Shown: positions 36,130 to 48,925 of the stretch, in pieces
Numbering within the stretch: position 1 is the first letter of the stretch
Layout of the letters: every line of letters begins with the position of its first letter
Assembly: GCA_050575255.1 (NCBI GenBank)
Contig: JBNZDD010013693.1
Coordinates: 5,853,456 to 5,917,455, forward strand
Direction of reading: 5' to 3'
Length of the DNA stretch: 64,000 bases
Source of the DNA: Harriotta raleighana
Lineage: Eukaryota
Position numbers and translations under genes: made by a program
The notes under the pieces: generated by a model
What the model saw: the letters and a program-made list of their open reading frames with translations, nothing else
The model's database searches: none
What the model was told of the DNA's origin: nothing

Positions 36130-38317
36130 GTTTTTATAAATATACAGTATAAAGAGGAAAAGGCTATCAAGGGTGAATGTGGTTTCCATTCCCGGCAGAG
36201 ACAATGGAAATTATAATATGGGACTAAGACATGGCAGAGTCATTAAACGAGTATTTTTTGACTGTGTTCAACGTAGAAGACACTGGAAACATACCAAAAA
36301 TAGAGGGGAACCAAGAAGATAATGTTAGTGAGCAAGTTAGGGAGATTAATATTGCAGTAAAACCCTGTTTATCCAGCATGCTTGGGGGGTCAACTAATTG
36401 ACTGTGCCGGATAAACGGGGGACAAGTTGCCGCAAACCAAACATAAAAAATTAATTTATTTTAAAACATACCATGTTAATAATACACTAAATAGTAACAG
36501 AATATTGTATGGATATTTGCCAATAAAGCATTTCAGCACAGTCGGTAAAAGATCGGTAAAAAGCATCTTTTACCGATCAGTAAAATACCCAAATGCGTAA
36601 GTTTAATAAGTGCGCAAGAACACGCATGCACAAAGTGAGCAAAATCGCGATTCCTGGAATGGGGAATTGCCCCGGGGGGAGGTCGAGCAATCCGGTTGAT
36701 CGGATCACGGATAAACATGGTTATACTGTAGTAAAGAAATGGTCTTAGGTAAATTGTCGGGTCTTAAAACCGATAAGTCCTCTAGACTGGATGGCCTGCA
36801 TCCTAGAGTTTTAAAGGAGGTGGCTACTGAGATAGTGGTTGGCTTGTCTATGATCTTCCAAAATTCTCTGGATGCTGGAAAAGTCCCCATTGATTGGAAC
36901 TTCACTATTTAAGAAGGGTGGGAGAGAAAATATGGGGCACTGTAGACCAGTTAGTCTGACGTCAGTGGTAGGGAAAATTCTTGAATCCTTAATTAAAGAC
37001 GTTATTATGGGATACCTGGAAAACGATAAAAAGATTAGGCAGCGTCAACATGGCTTTACAAAAGGTAAGTCATGCTTGACTAATCTTTTAAGAGTTTTTT
37101 GACGATGTATTCAGCAGGTTGGATAGGGGGAACCAGTAGATAAAAATAATAGATGTGGTATATTTAGATTTTAAGAAGGCATTTGATAAAGTGCCACACA
37201 AAAGATTAAAGACCACGGGATTAATGGGATTAATATGGATAGAAGAGTGGCTAACGGGTAGAATACAGAGTGTAGGGATAAACGGGTCATTCTCGAATTG
37301 GCAGGATGTAACTGGTAGAGTGCCACAAGGATCAGTGCTTGGGCCTCAGCTAATTACAATTTACATCAATGATCTGGATGAGGACATTGAATGTAATGTG
37401 TCTAAATTCACGGATGACACTAAACTAGGTACGAGAGTGAGCTCTGAGGATAATGGAAAAAGATTGCAACAAGATATAGATAGGCTAGGGGAGTGGCAGA
37501 TGGAAATTAATGTGGGGAAGTGTGAAATTATTCATCTAGGTAGCAAAAATTAAAAAAAATTACTTTCTAGAGAAGAGGTTGGATAGTGTTAGTATTCAAA
37601 GGAATTTGGACACTTAGACACTTGTACACAGGCCTCAAAAAGTTAGTTTGCAGGTGCAGCAAGCAACTAAGAAGGCGAACGGCATGCTAGCGTTCATTTC
37701 AAAAGGCTTAGAGTACAAGAGTAGGGAAGTCTTGCTGCAATTGTATAGGGATTTGGGAGACCGCACCTAGAGTATTGTGTGCAGTTTTGGTCTCCTTATT
37801 TAAAAAAGGGCATACTTGCCTTAGTGGGAGTGCAGCGTAGATTCACTAGGTTAGTTCCTGGGATGAGGAGACTGACCTATGAGGATAGGTTGAATAAATT
37901 AGGGCTGTATTCTTTAGAGTACAGAAGAATTAGGGGGGATCTTATTGAAACATATAAGATTCTTAAAGGGTTGGATAAAGTAGACACTGAGGGACTGTTT
38001 CCCCTGGTAGAGAATCTATAACCAGGGGTCACAGTCTGAAAATTAAGGGACAGCCTTTTAGAACAGAGTTGAGGAAACATTTCTTCAGTCAGAGGGTGGT
38101 GAATTTATGGAATTCACTAGAAGCCTGTGGATGCTAAGTCCTTGAACATTTTCAAGGCTGAGATTGATAATTTTTTTTAAAATAGAGGGATTAGGGGATA
38201 TGGGGATAGGGCAGGTAATTAGAGTTAGGTCAGAAGATCAACCATGATCTTATTGAATGGCGGGGCAGGCTCGACAGGCCGACTGACCTAATCCTGCTCC
38301 TAATTCTTATGTTCTTA
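36130..38317 (+). mobile_element. CR1 LINE, 5'-truncated and frameshifted (reverse transcriptase remnant)
   Basis: ORFs 36872, 37155 and 37779: [68 protein letters not shown]; 3' end TTCTTATGTTCTTA. Confidence 0.95.
36355..36728. mobile_element. MITE nested inside the CR1
   Basis: CAGTAAAACCCTGTTTATCC ... GGATAAACATGGTTATACTG|TA; CR1 sequence resumes on both sides. Confidence 0.85.
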
Positions 38318-38523
38318 AAGCAATGTGGGCAATGCTTCACGCACAAGACAAGCCATTGCTTTGCCCAGAATTCACATTAATTTATTCTAGAATTACACAG
38401 AATCTATAGTGTCGGTACACGGCATCTAGTTAGATCCGGCATTTACACCGCACATAAGATTCTTTCTGATCCTCTCTCCAACCTCCCAACAGTAGCTCTC
38501 TATACTGACAGTATATTCTCTAT

Positions 38524-38690
38524 GAGCAGTTCCTTTGTGTAGTGATTAGTGCACTCGTCTTGCAAGCGAGAGGACCTGGCTTCAATTCCTTGATAGGCAG
38601 AAACCTTAGCTACTCCAAACATCTCTGTTTACCTATCAGTAAGTAGGAAGCCGGCTATTAGTCGATTAGCGGATCACTTTCTGGGGTAAT
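38524..38690 (+). mobile_element. Family B SINE 5' half
   Basis: tRNA-like head GTGTAGTGATTAGTGCACTCGTCTTGCAAGCGAG...TTCAATTCC plus central segment. Confidence 0.75.
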
Positions 38691-39207
38691 AGTTTCTGCC
38701 AGTGAGTTTAGCAAGTGGTCTGATCTTCTCAAATATTCCTTGACAACTGGTTGCACTGTTTGCAACCTAAGAGTGTGGTTGCTGTGCAGGGAGCAATTTC
38801 TACACTATACACAAATTCATGCATTCAGGTGTTCACATTGTATGAATGTCCATCTACAAATTCAAAGTAAAAAATTATAGAGTGTGACCAAAAAGTCCTG
38901 ATATCTACCCTAATATGTAAAACAAATCATATATTTTATTTTATTAAGACTTATTAGTCATTGTAATGGTATGATGACTAATTGGTCACTCCGTATATAT
39001 TCTATGTACTGAAAGATCGTAACAAATATCTGGCCCTGTTGATAACCAGAACAAGATCATTGGCCCTCTCCAACATCTTCACTGAATATCTTATAGCTGA
39101 GTTCTATGTAATAACAGGGAATATAGCAGCTTCTGAACTGAACTGGGTACTCTCACCAACAGAATGTGTGTGAACAAGAAGGAATGAAATAAGCAAAATA
39201 TCCATAC

Positions 39208-39231
39208 CTCTGTCTGGATCTTATCTTCGCT
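39208..39231 (-). CDS. NAV1: NAV1 24-nt microexon (SEDKIQTE)
   Basis: CTTTTCTAG|AGC...GAG|GTATGG; phase 0 to 0; corresponds to human AEERMQSE. Confidence 0.88.
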
Positions 39232-40287
39232 CTAGAAAAGGGAAATGAGAAAATATTTTCAAACTTGTTCTCAAGGGGAATTGCGAGAAAAAAAATACAA
39301 CTTTTGTGAAAACAATCAGAACTGTTTCAGAATTTTCATGTGTCCGCCAGGAACGTTAGTAAAGACTTAACAGGCAACTCTCAGCACGTCTATAGATTAA
39401 CCCTTTCAGACTTTCTTAAAAAAAAGTAATCAACATAGAAAAACATGACCAGCAGGAGGACACTGAGTCTGACCTATCACCTTATGAGAACTCAGCAGAT
39501 CCTCTCCCACCGAGGGAAGCAAACCTTTGATGTCCACGAGGTTCGAAAGAACATCAGCCATAACACTGACTACTGAACCAACAAGACCTTCCAAACTGAG
39601 CACACTTCCTTCCACTCCTCTTCCTTCCTTCCTTTCACTCCACCATTCCACCCCCCCCCCCCACCACCCCCCCAGCAAATGCAGCACAACAGTACTCCTG
39701 TATTGCAGACAGTTTAGGAAATGGGGCTTCCAGCCATAAGAGTGTGTATCTCTTGTCAAGGTTTGTCAATTTCCTCTTTGTGATGCAAACTATTCTGCGC
39801 AGCACCACAGGCCTAAACGCATGGTGAATTTAACAGATCTGCTGAATTTACTCGCTGCGTTTAAAAATAAAACCAGGAAGCGCAAAGTGAGAGACTGAGC
39901 TTCCCTTGTGGGCAGTGGGGACTGAAAGGGATGGAGACTTAACAGGCACTGATAAACAGCCTGCTGACTACACAGGACTTGTAAACTTCACACAACAAGC
40001 TCCAGAAACAGATAGAATTTCTGCCTTCCGAGGATATTTCCTGCAGTTTTTCCTCAGAAGCAGTATCTGTAATTACGTTCGTAAGCACAAATTCAATAGC
40101 TGTTTACTGGGAAGGCGAGAGATAATTTATATTGCGTATTTTACTTATGGAAACTAAATAGAGATGGTTGAATATCTAGCTTTTATATTGCAAATATACC
40201 TCTAGGTCACAGATGCCACCATTTTGATTCAGAGATTTTAAACCTGCCCTTGTTGGTTGATATGTAGATTTAACGGCGTTGACTTAC

Positions 40288-40340
40288 TGCTGAATGAACC
40301 GATGATGTGGTGGAGGCCAGCGAAAGAACCGAGCCGTGAA
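40288..40340 (-). CDS. NAV1: NAV1 exon, 53 nt (VHGSVLSLASTTSSVHSA)
   Basis: TTTTGCAG|TT and GCA|GTAAGT; phase 1 to 0. Confidence 0.95.
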
Positions 40341-40719
40341 CTGCAAAACAGTTGGTAAAGTCACAGTCAATCACGCGGTATCGCAATGGCAGAACTGCTG
40401 ATAAAGTTCCCCCCAAACATTACAGCATCTCAACACGCCTCGACTGCAGAAACAGCTCCTGTCTCTCTCTCTCTCTCCGATTTAGAGAAAAGGAGCAGCT
40501 CAATTTAGTTTTTAATACAAGATCGAAATTACAAGGGTAATGTATAAAATCAATCTCCTGTAACAACTGAAATCAAATAATTAATACTATTGTTAATAAT
40601 AATAATGACAATCATCCTTGCATGTAATATTGTGCCTTTTTGCTTCAGGAGAACTTTTAAAATGATTCAAGGTATATTCACAGAATGTTCTGCATGTTTT
40701 CACCTTCAAGGCCAGAAGT

Positions 40720-41128
40720 TCTCACCTTCAAGGCCCCCGCCTATCTATCTGACCTGCTGTCTCCCTATCAGCCTGCCGCTCCCTCCGTTCAGCAGACTCA
40801 GGCCTGCTCCGCGTCCACCGTCCTAACCGCCCAACCATCAGTGGCCGAGCTTTCAGCCTCTCTGCCCCCACATTATGGAACTCCATCCCATAGTCTCTCT
40901 GCCTTGCTTCCTCCCTTTCCTCCTTCAAGGCCAGTCTCAAGGCCTTCCTCTTCGACCGCACCTTCGGTTTCCACCCCACCACCCCACCGCCCAACTCTTC
41001 CCACTCTCCTTACCCCTCCCCCTACCCCTGACCCCCCATGCTCGGGTCCCGACCTGACTGTTCAGCGCTTTGGGACGTCCTCCCAACGTGAAAGGCGCTA
41101 TACAGGTGTAATTTTGTTGTTGTTGTTG
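40720..41128 (+). mobile_element. L2 LINE 3' end
   Basis: APAYLSDLLSPYQP; TTCAAGGCCAGTCTCAAG; tail CAGCGCTTTGGGACGTCC...AAAGGCGCTATAC...(TTG)n. Confidence 0.88.
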
Positions 41129-44100
41129 ATGCATGGACCAACTTGACCTGACAAGTCTCCGGCAGGATTTATACCCGAGACTCGTCAGGATTGGGGCAAC
41201 CCAAACTTTTAAATAATGCACAAATAAAAAAGAGTAATGAATAAAAGCAACATAACGTAACAGCTGAAATCAAATGGTGGGAGCGGTGAAGAGGTGATTA
41301 TTTATTTCATTACACGACAGTCTTAGGAAAGTCAGGTGGCACTGTGTAAATGTTGGTGCTGAACTTGCCAGCTGGTTTAGTTTTCACAAGTTAGTCATTA
41401 CAGTAAAGTAATTTACACCTTTAATTTCCAAACAGCAGCAATGGTCTTCCGTTACTGGCAGGTTCTTTTGAGATTTTACACCCTCGCAGAACTGCCTGCG
41501 AGGTTTCCACCTGTTCTTCAGACAATATCCCCCAAAAACTGATTGCAAAAAAAATTATTTGCAAGACCTGAATATAAATGACATTGCATGAGACCTTATC
41601 CAATGTCTCAGGTGTCTGTTGCATCAACTGTGCTCTGGCCTGGATGTGCTATTAAAACAGTACCAATTCTAGCTTGTGCACATACTGGAAATTGTCTGTG
41701 ATTTTACTTCTCCAGATGTACTCTAATTTTAGATAGTCTCCCTGCTCTTCACCCTCAATGATCCCAATCTCTCAGCTCAGGTCCAAGTCCCTAATTGTCC
41801 AGCGCCTCGGGATGTCCTCCCAACGTGAAAGGCGCCATGTAAATGTAATTTGTTTGATTGTATTGTGCTCTGAGAATTATAGGTGCAGTAACCAGACACA
41901 AAGCAAGAGAAAACATTCCCTGCTCCCTCCACAGGCATAGTTTGCCTCACATTTTTATGCTGGTCAACAATGGTGGACAGAAGTTACATTTGCAATAAAA
42001 CAGGGCAGAATCTCCCTCCTTTAGTGAAGCACTCCACTAACACTTGGGAAACCAGCAAATTCCAGAAAGCATTAAGTGCAAGTCAGCAACACACAAAGCA
42101 TTGGGGGACTGCTGGAATATGACCTGTTAAAACCTCATAGCTTGCTATTGAGAGGACTGGTGGCAAGCTTTCCCATGCATGTCCTACTAGGACCACCCTA
42201 CCCATTAGAGCTTTTATCTTGCAGGTGCTGAGTGGGAATAGTCAATGCTGCCAATGAGTGACCCATCTTTCTAATTCCAGCTGATGAATCAGCCTGATTA
42301 TGCTATCATCAGCGTATGAGCATTGCATTCCAGTCCAGAAGACATTCATCTATCTGCCCTTTCCAGTAGGGGACCACTGTCTGACATCAGACCCTAATTT
42401 TCCTCTTTCCTGGTCCAGCTATACTGAAACCAATTATATTTCCGCTCTGTCCAAAATGATCTAACTCTTCACTGACCAAGGTGTGAGGCTCTATGTTAAT
42501 ACCAAGATAGCCTTGGTATCTGGCTATCATTAAAGTCAAAACAAGATAGATTGGATGGACTTGTTTGCTGGTCAATTGGAGAACAGCTCAGCGACTCAAC
42601 AAAGCTAGGTTATAATTCTATTTAAAATGATACCAGAGAACAGATACAGATTCCTAATTGTATGTCTATAAACTGTTTGTAATTTTATTTGTTTGTATGT
42701 GTATGGGAAACATACCCATCAAATGACTGGTACTCAGCCGAAGACACAGAGAGCAGCCTTCATAGATGCCCTTGAATGTCATGGATATTCATGCACAATT
42801 ATTAATAAATTAATATCAATGAAAAGCTTTGCTGCTTGTTAGTGAAGGGAGGGGAGGAGAGAGAGAAGCATTATTTTAGATTTTAACTTACAAACAGAAC
42901 TTCAGACCAAATTAATTAAGAGCGTCAACTGAATCCCAGAGCCAATTATCAGCAGCAGACAAAAGAGCCTTCACTTGACAGTTCGAGAGAAATCATTAGG
43001 GACATTTTGCTCATTTTGACTAGCATTCCACGGCAATTTGCTCCTATTTAACTGAATACGAGATCTCTAAAAGGGAATCAAATTATTCGGCCATTATTAT
43101 TCAAACACTCGCACACATTTTAACCATTAACACAACCATTTAAAATGAATAATCATGGGCAGATGTACACATTATTACACAAACGCACAGTGCAAACCTA
43201 TTTTAAATAAATAAGTTGTGCGCACGTGTATCAATAGGACTCTGGAGAGTTGGTGGAGTAGGAATGGCTTCACATCTTATCATGAAAAGCCAAGTTTCGA
43301 TCCAGCCTTTTACCAGCACATAAATGGCGTAAAACTTGGAAGGGTTTGCGCTCCCGATTCACTGCTCTGCTGTTACTCATTGCTTTGAATGGCACTGGAT
43401 CAGCTGTGACCTGTGGCCAAGTGAAAAACACGTAAACCCCTCACATCTCAGGCCACTACTCTTTGAAATGTTGGGAAAGATGACAGCCCCAATTAGCAGA
43501 TCGGCAATTCTACTGCAAAATAAGCCTACTATTGTGCAGATGAAGAAACATAATTGGGTCAGTACAAATCCTTGGTCTATTCTTTTCATCTCTCAAATAG
43601 GATTGCAAACTCGCTAAGGGTGGGAAAAGCAATACATCACCACCACTGGGTCCCAGATTTCTTCCGGGCAAAGCTCTGAAATCTCAATTTGAGTTCAGAA
43701 TGCACTGAAATTATTCCTTGATAATAACTGAGGGACAATTATCAGGTTTAAATTCCTCTCAGGATTTGATGCATGGCTGGATTTCAAACCTTGTTACGGT
43801 ATTACTGATAAGGTTTTCTTTTGAGAAACTGAAAGTCCTCTCTTTTCCATTTTAGACCTTTCTACCAGTCTTAATCTCCCAACCCTCACACATTCGAGTC
43901 CACAAATGCACTGTCACCTACTCCTCACAGTGGAAACGTGTGAACCACTTTGAGATCCGTCAGCTTTGTGATAAGATGGTATATCAAAAGCAAGATTAAT
44001 ACGAGTCACACTGACTGGAGCCACTGTATTGTCAGCTCACATCAGAAAAGGCTCAATGCCTGGGGTCTCCTACTGGTCGAGCGATTGACTTCTTATGAGC

Positions 44101-45669
44101 ATCTCAAAATGGCCTGACAATCCCTTGCATCAGTACAGGCAGGAACTCGCCAAATCTAAACATTGTTTCCGGGAGCTACTAAGCCGCAGTACCCAGGGCG
44201 AGGCCATCAATGAAGACAAATTAAACAAGGAACAATGCATTTGGCTCACTGACCTAAAAAAGTTGGCTAGTTCTCTAGTTCTCTTCTAGTTTTCTTCTCC
44301 TCTCTCCTGCACCCCAAATGCAAATTCTGCTACTGAGCCAAGATCAACAGTGAAAATGTGGTGATCGGGGTACAAAAATGGGATTGTGCTGAGAGTTTAC
44401 ACCGAATGCTCAGCTCTGGTAAAGTCGGTGAGTGTTGACATAGAAATAATTAAATAAATAATTTATCAGACTAACAGCAATTGAAGAATACGGTAATAAT
44501 AATTCTTGCATTTAATATAGAGCTTCATCATGTAATTGAGACATCTTAAAGTGCTTCGCAGGATTTTACTGTGACATCTAGTGCCTCTGACGATAAGCGA
44601 AAGCTTACAGTTAACGCTGATAAAAATAATAATTTTAATTTGATTAATTTAATTAAAATCAAATTTTAATGAATGCCAACTACAATCTAAATATAGTTAT
44701 CAATTTGGATTCCATTCCATTCCAGTGAGGAAGCCATTCACTGATCGCTAACTATCAGTTCTCTAGATTTTCCATTTCTGAATCAGATGTACCAATTATT
44801 ATTTATTGCAGATGATGGGGAAACCCATATATTGATACCTGCAAAAATTAACAATGTTCAAATCTCCTCTACCACCCCCATCTATCACCTCCACTGCTGC
44901 TATGATCATAAACGGAGCCATAACACTCCTCTTACTGCAGATACTGCTAATATATTTATAATCCCATGAATTTATATCAATTAAATTTGGCCGAATGTTA
45001 AGAGTTTCCACTCAAGAGCAAAGCAGATTTATTGCAAGTCAAGTGAAAAATGACATTTTGAACCTCGGCATAATTCTTATAATTTTATTGCATTGATACT
45101 TTTAAAGGAGGTTGGAGAGAAAATAATGTGCACGAATACTGAGAGTTACTGGGTGTGACTGGAAGATATTGAATTAATTATGTTTGGCAGTTGTAATCAA
45201 ACAATTTTTTAAAAATCTTTTCCATGAATTAACTGCACAAACGAGCACTGATACTGGTTGTCGTGGAGATCGGAAGCATCTTCCATTATGCATGTGACTA
45301 ATGGTTTAAGCTCAGTGTATTTCAATAAGTTGTTCCGGAGTTGATTATTGAGAGCGAAAAGGACTGATTAATGTAGAAAAGCACAGAGCAGAATACAAGT
45401 CAGAATTTTAGATCTCATCTTGAATAATTCATTGAGAGAAATATGCAATTATTTTTATTTTGCGAGAGGTTTATATTTAAGATTGAGATTTAGTTTGAGG
45501 ATTGGGGGGGAAGGAAACAGCACAGCAAGGAAAGTACGCTTGTTAACACTAAGATCTCCCCTGTTCGAGAAAATGTTTAAAATATCTTACAACAACTTGT
45601 AATTGTACACAACCCCTTGTGTAGAGCAATAGCTTGGAATCTTCACAGGGCAGGTGAAGAGGTAGATTT

Positions 45670-45900
45670 TTAGGCGAGGATGAAAATCTTCGAGTTGCTA
45701 TCTAAAGCGACAGATAGAGAAGCTTGGCGAGGACTAGGGCGGAGAGTATGAACTGAACCAAATGAACTGGCATTTGTGGATTGCGGAACTAGGAAGACAT
45801 CAATGAGTGCATGAGAAAAGTCGAATCGTGAGGTAGCCAAGGCATGAATGAATGAAGGTATTGACAGCATTTTGTGTGAGATAGGAGTGGAGGCAGACCA
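45670..45900 (-). mobile_element. Old L2 fragment
   Basis: FIHALATSRFDFSHALI translation. Confidence 0.55.
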
Positions 45901-46092
45901 TGTGGAAATAAACGTATGGGGTGGGGGGGAGATGTGGGAATAAATGGTGCTTTAAGGGGTTATAATTTTGATGCTCTCACTTTGGTGTGTGTGGGAGGAG
46001 GTGAATGACCTTCACAGACTTTTTGCAACCAATTGATGCGTCATGAAAACCAATTCACTCCATCCCGAATGAAAGCAAAATAAATATCTTAC

Positions 46093-46278
46093 CATCATCC
46101 ACGGGATCCCGAAAGGAACCCGAGCGGATCATTCCTTTGGGTCTCTCCACCAGGGACATGGTGCTGCCCAACTGCAGGCTTCCGTACAGGTCGAACGAGG
46201 AGTCGTGGGTTGGGATGCTGTTGGATCTCATCATTTTGGGAGTCGGGCTGTTGAGCTGGGAGGCCGGTGTGGGACTTG
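46093..46278 (-). CDS. NAV1: NAV1 exon, 186 nt (ASPTP...RSNSIPTHD...PKGMIRSGSFRDPVDD)
   Basis: Hand translation; CGATAG|CA and G|GTAAGA; phase 1 to 1. Confidence 0.95.
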
Positions 46279-46611
46279 CTATCGGATCAAGGACAAAACA
46301 TTATTAAGCTAAAAGACGAGCAGAGGCTCCACAATTCAGTAGATGTAAAGCAGCAATAGAGTCAATTCCTGTATGGATTTTTGACCTGTTTTTGTGTGTG
46401 TGTCTGAAGCAGTGACTGTCCAGTGCCTTGGGACGTCCTCCTGATGTGAAAGGCACAATACAAGTGTAATTTTGTTGTTGCTGTTGTTGTGTGGGTGGAA
46501 GAGGGGTGGTAGGTGGAGGAAGGAGTGGGGAGTTTGATATTGGTTTGGGCTTGCAATGAATTGCTCTGAATCTCGTTGAGATGCCTGGATCTCATTTCTC
46601 TCTTCTTAGCA

Positions 46612-46730
46612 TTGAAGGCAGTTCTGATGAAAAGTCATTGACCTGAAACGCTCAACTTTCCAACGCTTTCCTCTCTCCATAGATGCTGCCTGACCCCCGA
46701 GTGTTCCCAGCAACTTCTGTTTTATGTTAT
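46612..46730 (+). mobile_element. Penelope-type remnant with best-preserved hammerhead core
   Basis: AGTT-CTGATGA-AAAGTCATTGACCT-GAAA-CGCTC-AACT followed by AGATGCTGCCTGACC. Confidence 0.7.
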
Positions 46731-47314
46731 TGAAGGTTAGAGTTTGTTTTATGCAAAACTGTGCAATTATAAATATTGACTCAGTGTTTGCCATTCCTAA
46801 ACATTAGCAACTCTTTTAGTGGCATTTATATTGAGATGCTCTGCAAGGCTACAATTTCAACCAAACTATATCACGCTGGCAAAACACAGGTCGGCTCAAC
46901 TCTTTTTCACAATACTTTCATTCATGTTACACACAGTGTTCACAACTTACTATGCCCACTTAAAAGAAAAAAAACACACCCGAGAACTACTTGGGAAACC
47001 ACAATGATTTATCGACATTGAGAAAGCTGTAACTTTTGTTGCAGAATAAAAATAATGCGTTAATGTACAGAATACACACTTGGGAGACGTTTTCTACTTG
47101 TGCACCAATTTGTTCCCAAATTAGGTCCCATTCACTGACAATAACTCAAAAGCGTTGCTAAAAATAGCCCGCAAGTTAAATGAAGTTCCACCCTTTAAAC
47201 TGGCATGCTTCTCCCTTAAATGTCTTGTCCCTACAGTTGGTTACTATAATGTGTGTACATTTGAAAACATTTTCATATATTGCTCAGTCAAACTTAATTT
47301 ACAGTTTGTATGTA

Positions 47315-47708
47315 CAGTAAAATCTCGTTTATCCGGCACTCTCGGGGGGGTGGGGGGTGGGGGGACGGACGACTAATTGACTGTGCCAGATAAATGGACA
47401 GCAAATCGAAAATCCAACATAAAAAATTAACTTATTTTAAAACATACCGTGTTAATCATAGACTAAATAGTAACAGAATATTGTATGGATGCTTACGACT
47501 AGAGCATTCCAGCACACTCCGTAAAAAGGTCGGTAAAAAAGCATTTTTTACCAATTGGTAAAAACCCAAGTTCAAAAGTTTAATAAGTGCACACGCATTG
47601 CACGCATGCGCAAAGTGAGCAAACTCGCGATTGCTGGAATGGGGAATTGCCCCGGGAGGAGGTCGAGCAATCCGGTTCATCGGGTCACGGATAATCAAGG
47701 TTTTACTG
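47315..47708. mobile_element. MITE, same family as 36355-36728
   Basis: TA|CAGTAAAATCTCGTTTATCCG ... CGGATAATCAAGGTTTTACTG|TA; colinear interior. Confidence 0.88.
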
Positions 47709-48800
47709 TATTTACTGTAAGCCACAATACACCAATTTTATACCTCTGCAGTGTGCAAAATTGTATAAATGGATGCTACAATCTCAGAGATTTCCTTGAA
47801 AAGACTTTTGTGCAAATGAGTGCACGTGCATGTGGAGCAGAATGCAAGCGCTTGGCTTTAAATCTGTCCTACGGTAATCAATGAACTTATACTTTCTCGC
47901 ACCACATTCGCACCACGTTGCTTATCATATAGCTTTCCAGGGCATTCCAAATCCAATTAGTAAAAGAAATTCTCTTTGACCAGTACTTGGAATATATTGG
48001 GATTTTGTTGTAGAAACATGATGGTTGAAAGGATTAGGATTTATGCATAAATACTGGGTGTGATGATGGCATGTCCCACTGCCTGGTGTAGTGGTTGCTA
48101 GGCTTCCTTTGCAGTGAGCGCTTCCTTGATGTGGTTGCAGCTTACTTACTACAGAGTCCACAATAAAGAAGTCTGTGTTGTACTTCGCTGTCGTTAATGA
48201 GGATCTTCTACGTTTGAAATGACTGTTAATTCCAGCCTTGACTCGCCGTGCTGCCATTGAACAATCAATTTAATGGAAAAGTCAAATTCACAGTTTGATG
48301 CACATTAAGCCAGGCAGCTCTTCACTGAAACAAAACACCCTCCATCACCACCAACTCTGCCGACAAAGTGGAGGGAAATTCCAAGTTCCATTGACTAGAT
48401 GCATTAAGGTTATTCAGGTCACTCCCAGTGATGATAACAAAATCACTGTAAGAGAGCTACTCTAATAAACCTAATCAGATGTCAGGAGGGGCTTTCTTGC
48501 TATTCTTTACTGATTTGCCAACAAGCATTAATATTAAATGCTCCGTGTAATCTTCCCATGCAAGGTATCATTCAATAGCCCTTTATTTTGATGGCTGCGG
48601 GGAATACTCATTAAATGAATTAACTGGTGTTACCGGTGGTTTCACTAACCGTATTGAAAATTAGGGCTACCTGTTTAAAAATTGACATCAACTACGTATT
48701 CCACCTGTGTATTCGTGAAAATACTTCGCAGAAATTAGATGAGAGAACCTAACAGAAAGTATCCACATTTGGTGAAGCAGGCAGTGAAACATAAACTGAC

Positions 48801-48925
48801 CTAAATTTGACAACGGAATAGTGGAAGGGGAAGCTAGTGACTGGCTCTCAGGATCCGCAGGAGCTCCAATGGAACGTGAGTGGAACCATTCCTTCGTGTC
48901 TTCCGGTTGCAAACTTGTTCCATAT
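48801..48925 (-). CDS. NAV1: NAV1 exon, 125 nt (YGTSLQPEDTKEWFHSRSIG...LSNL)
   Basis: Within ORF 48688..48960; TTGCAG|A and G|GTCAGT; phase 2 to 1. Confidence 0.9.

Noticed and set aside
36872-38021. Reverse-transcriptase ORFs as a host gene or novel RT system
   Set aside because: They are frameshifted, stop-containing pieces of an ordinary truncated CR1 LINE.
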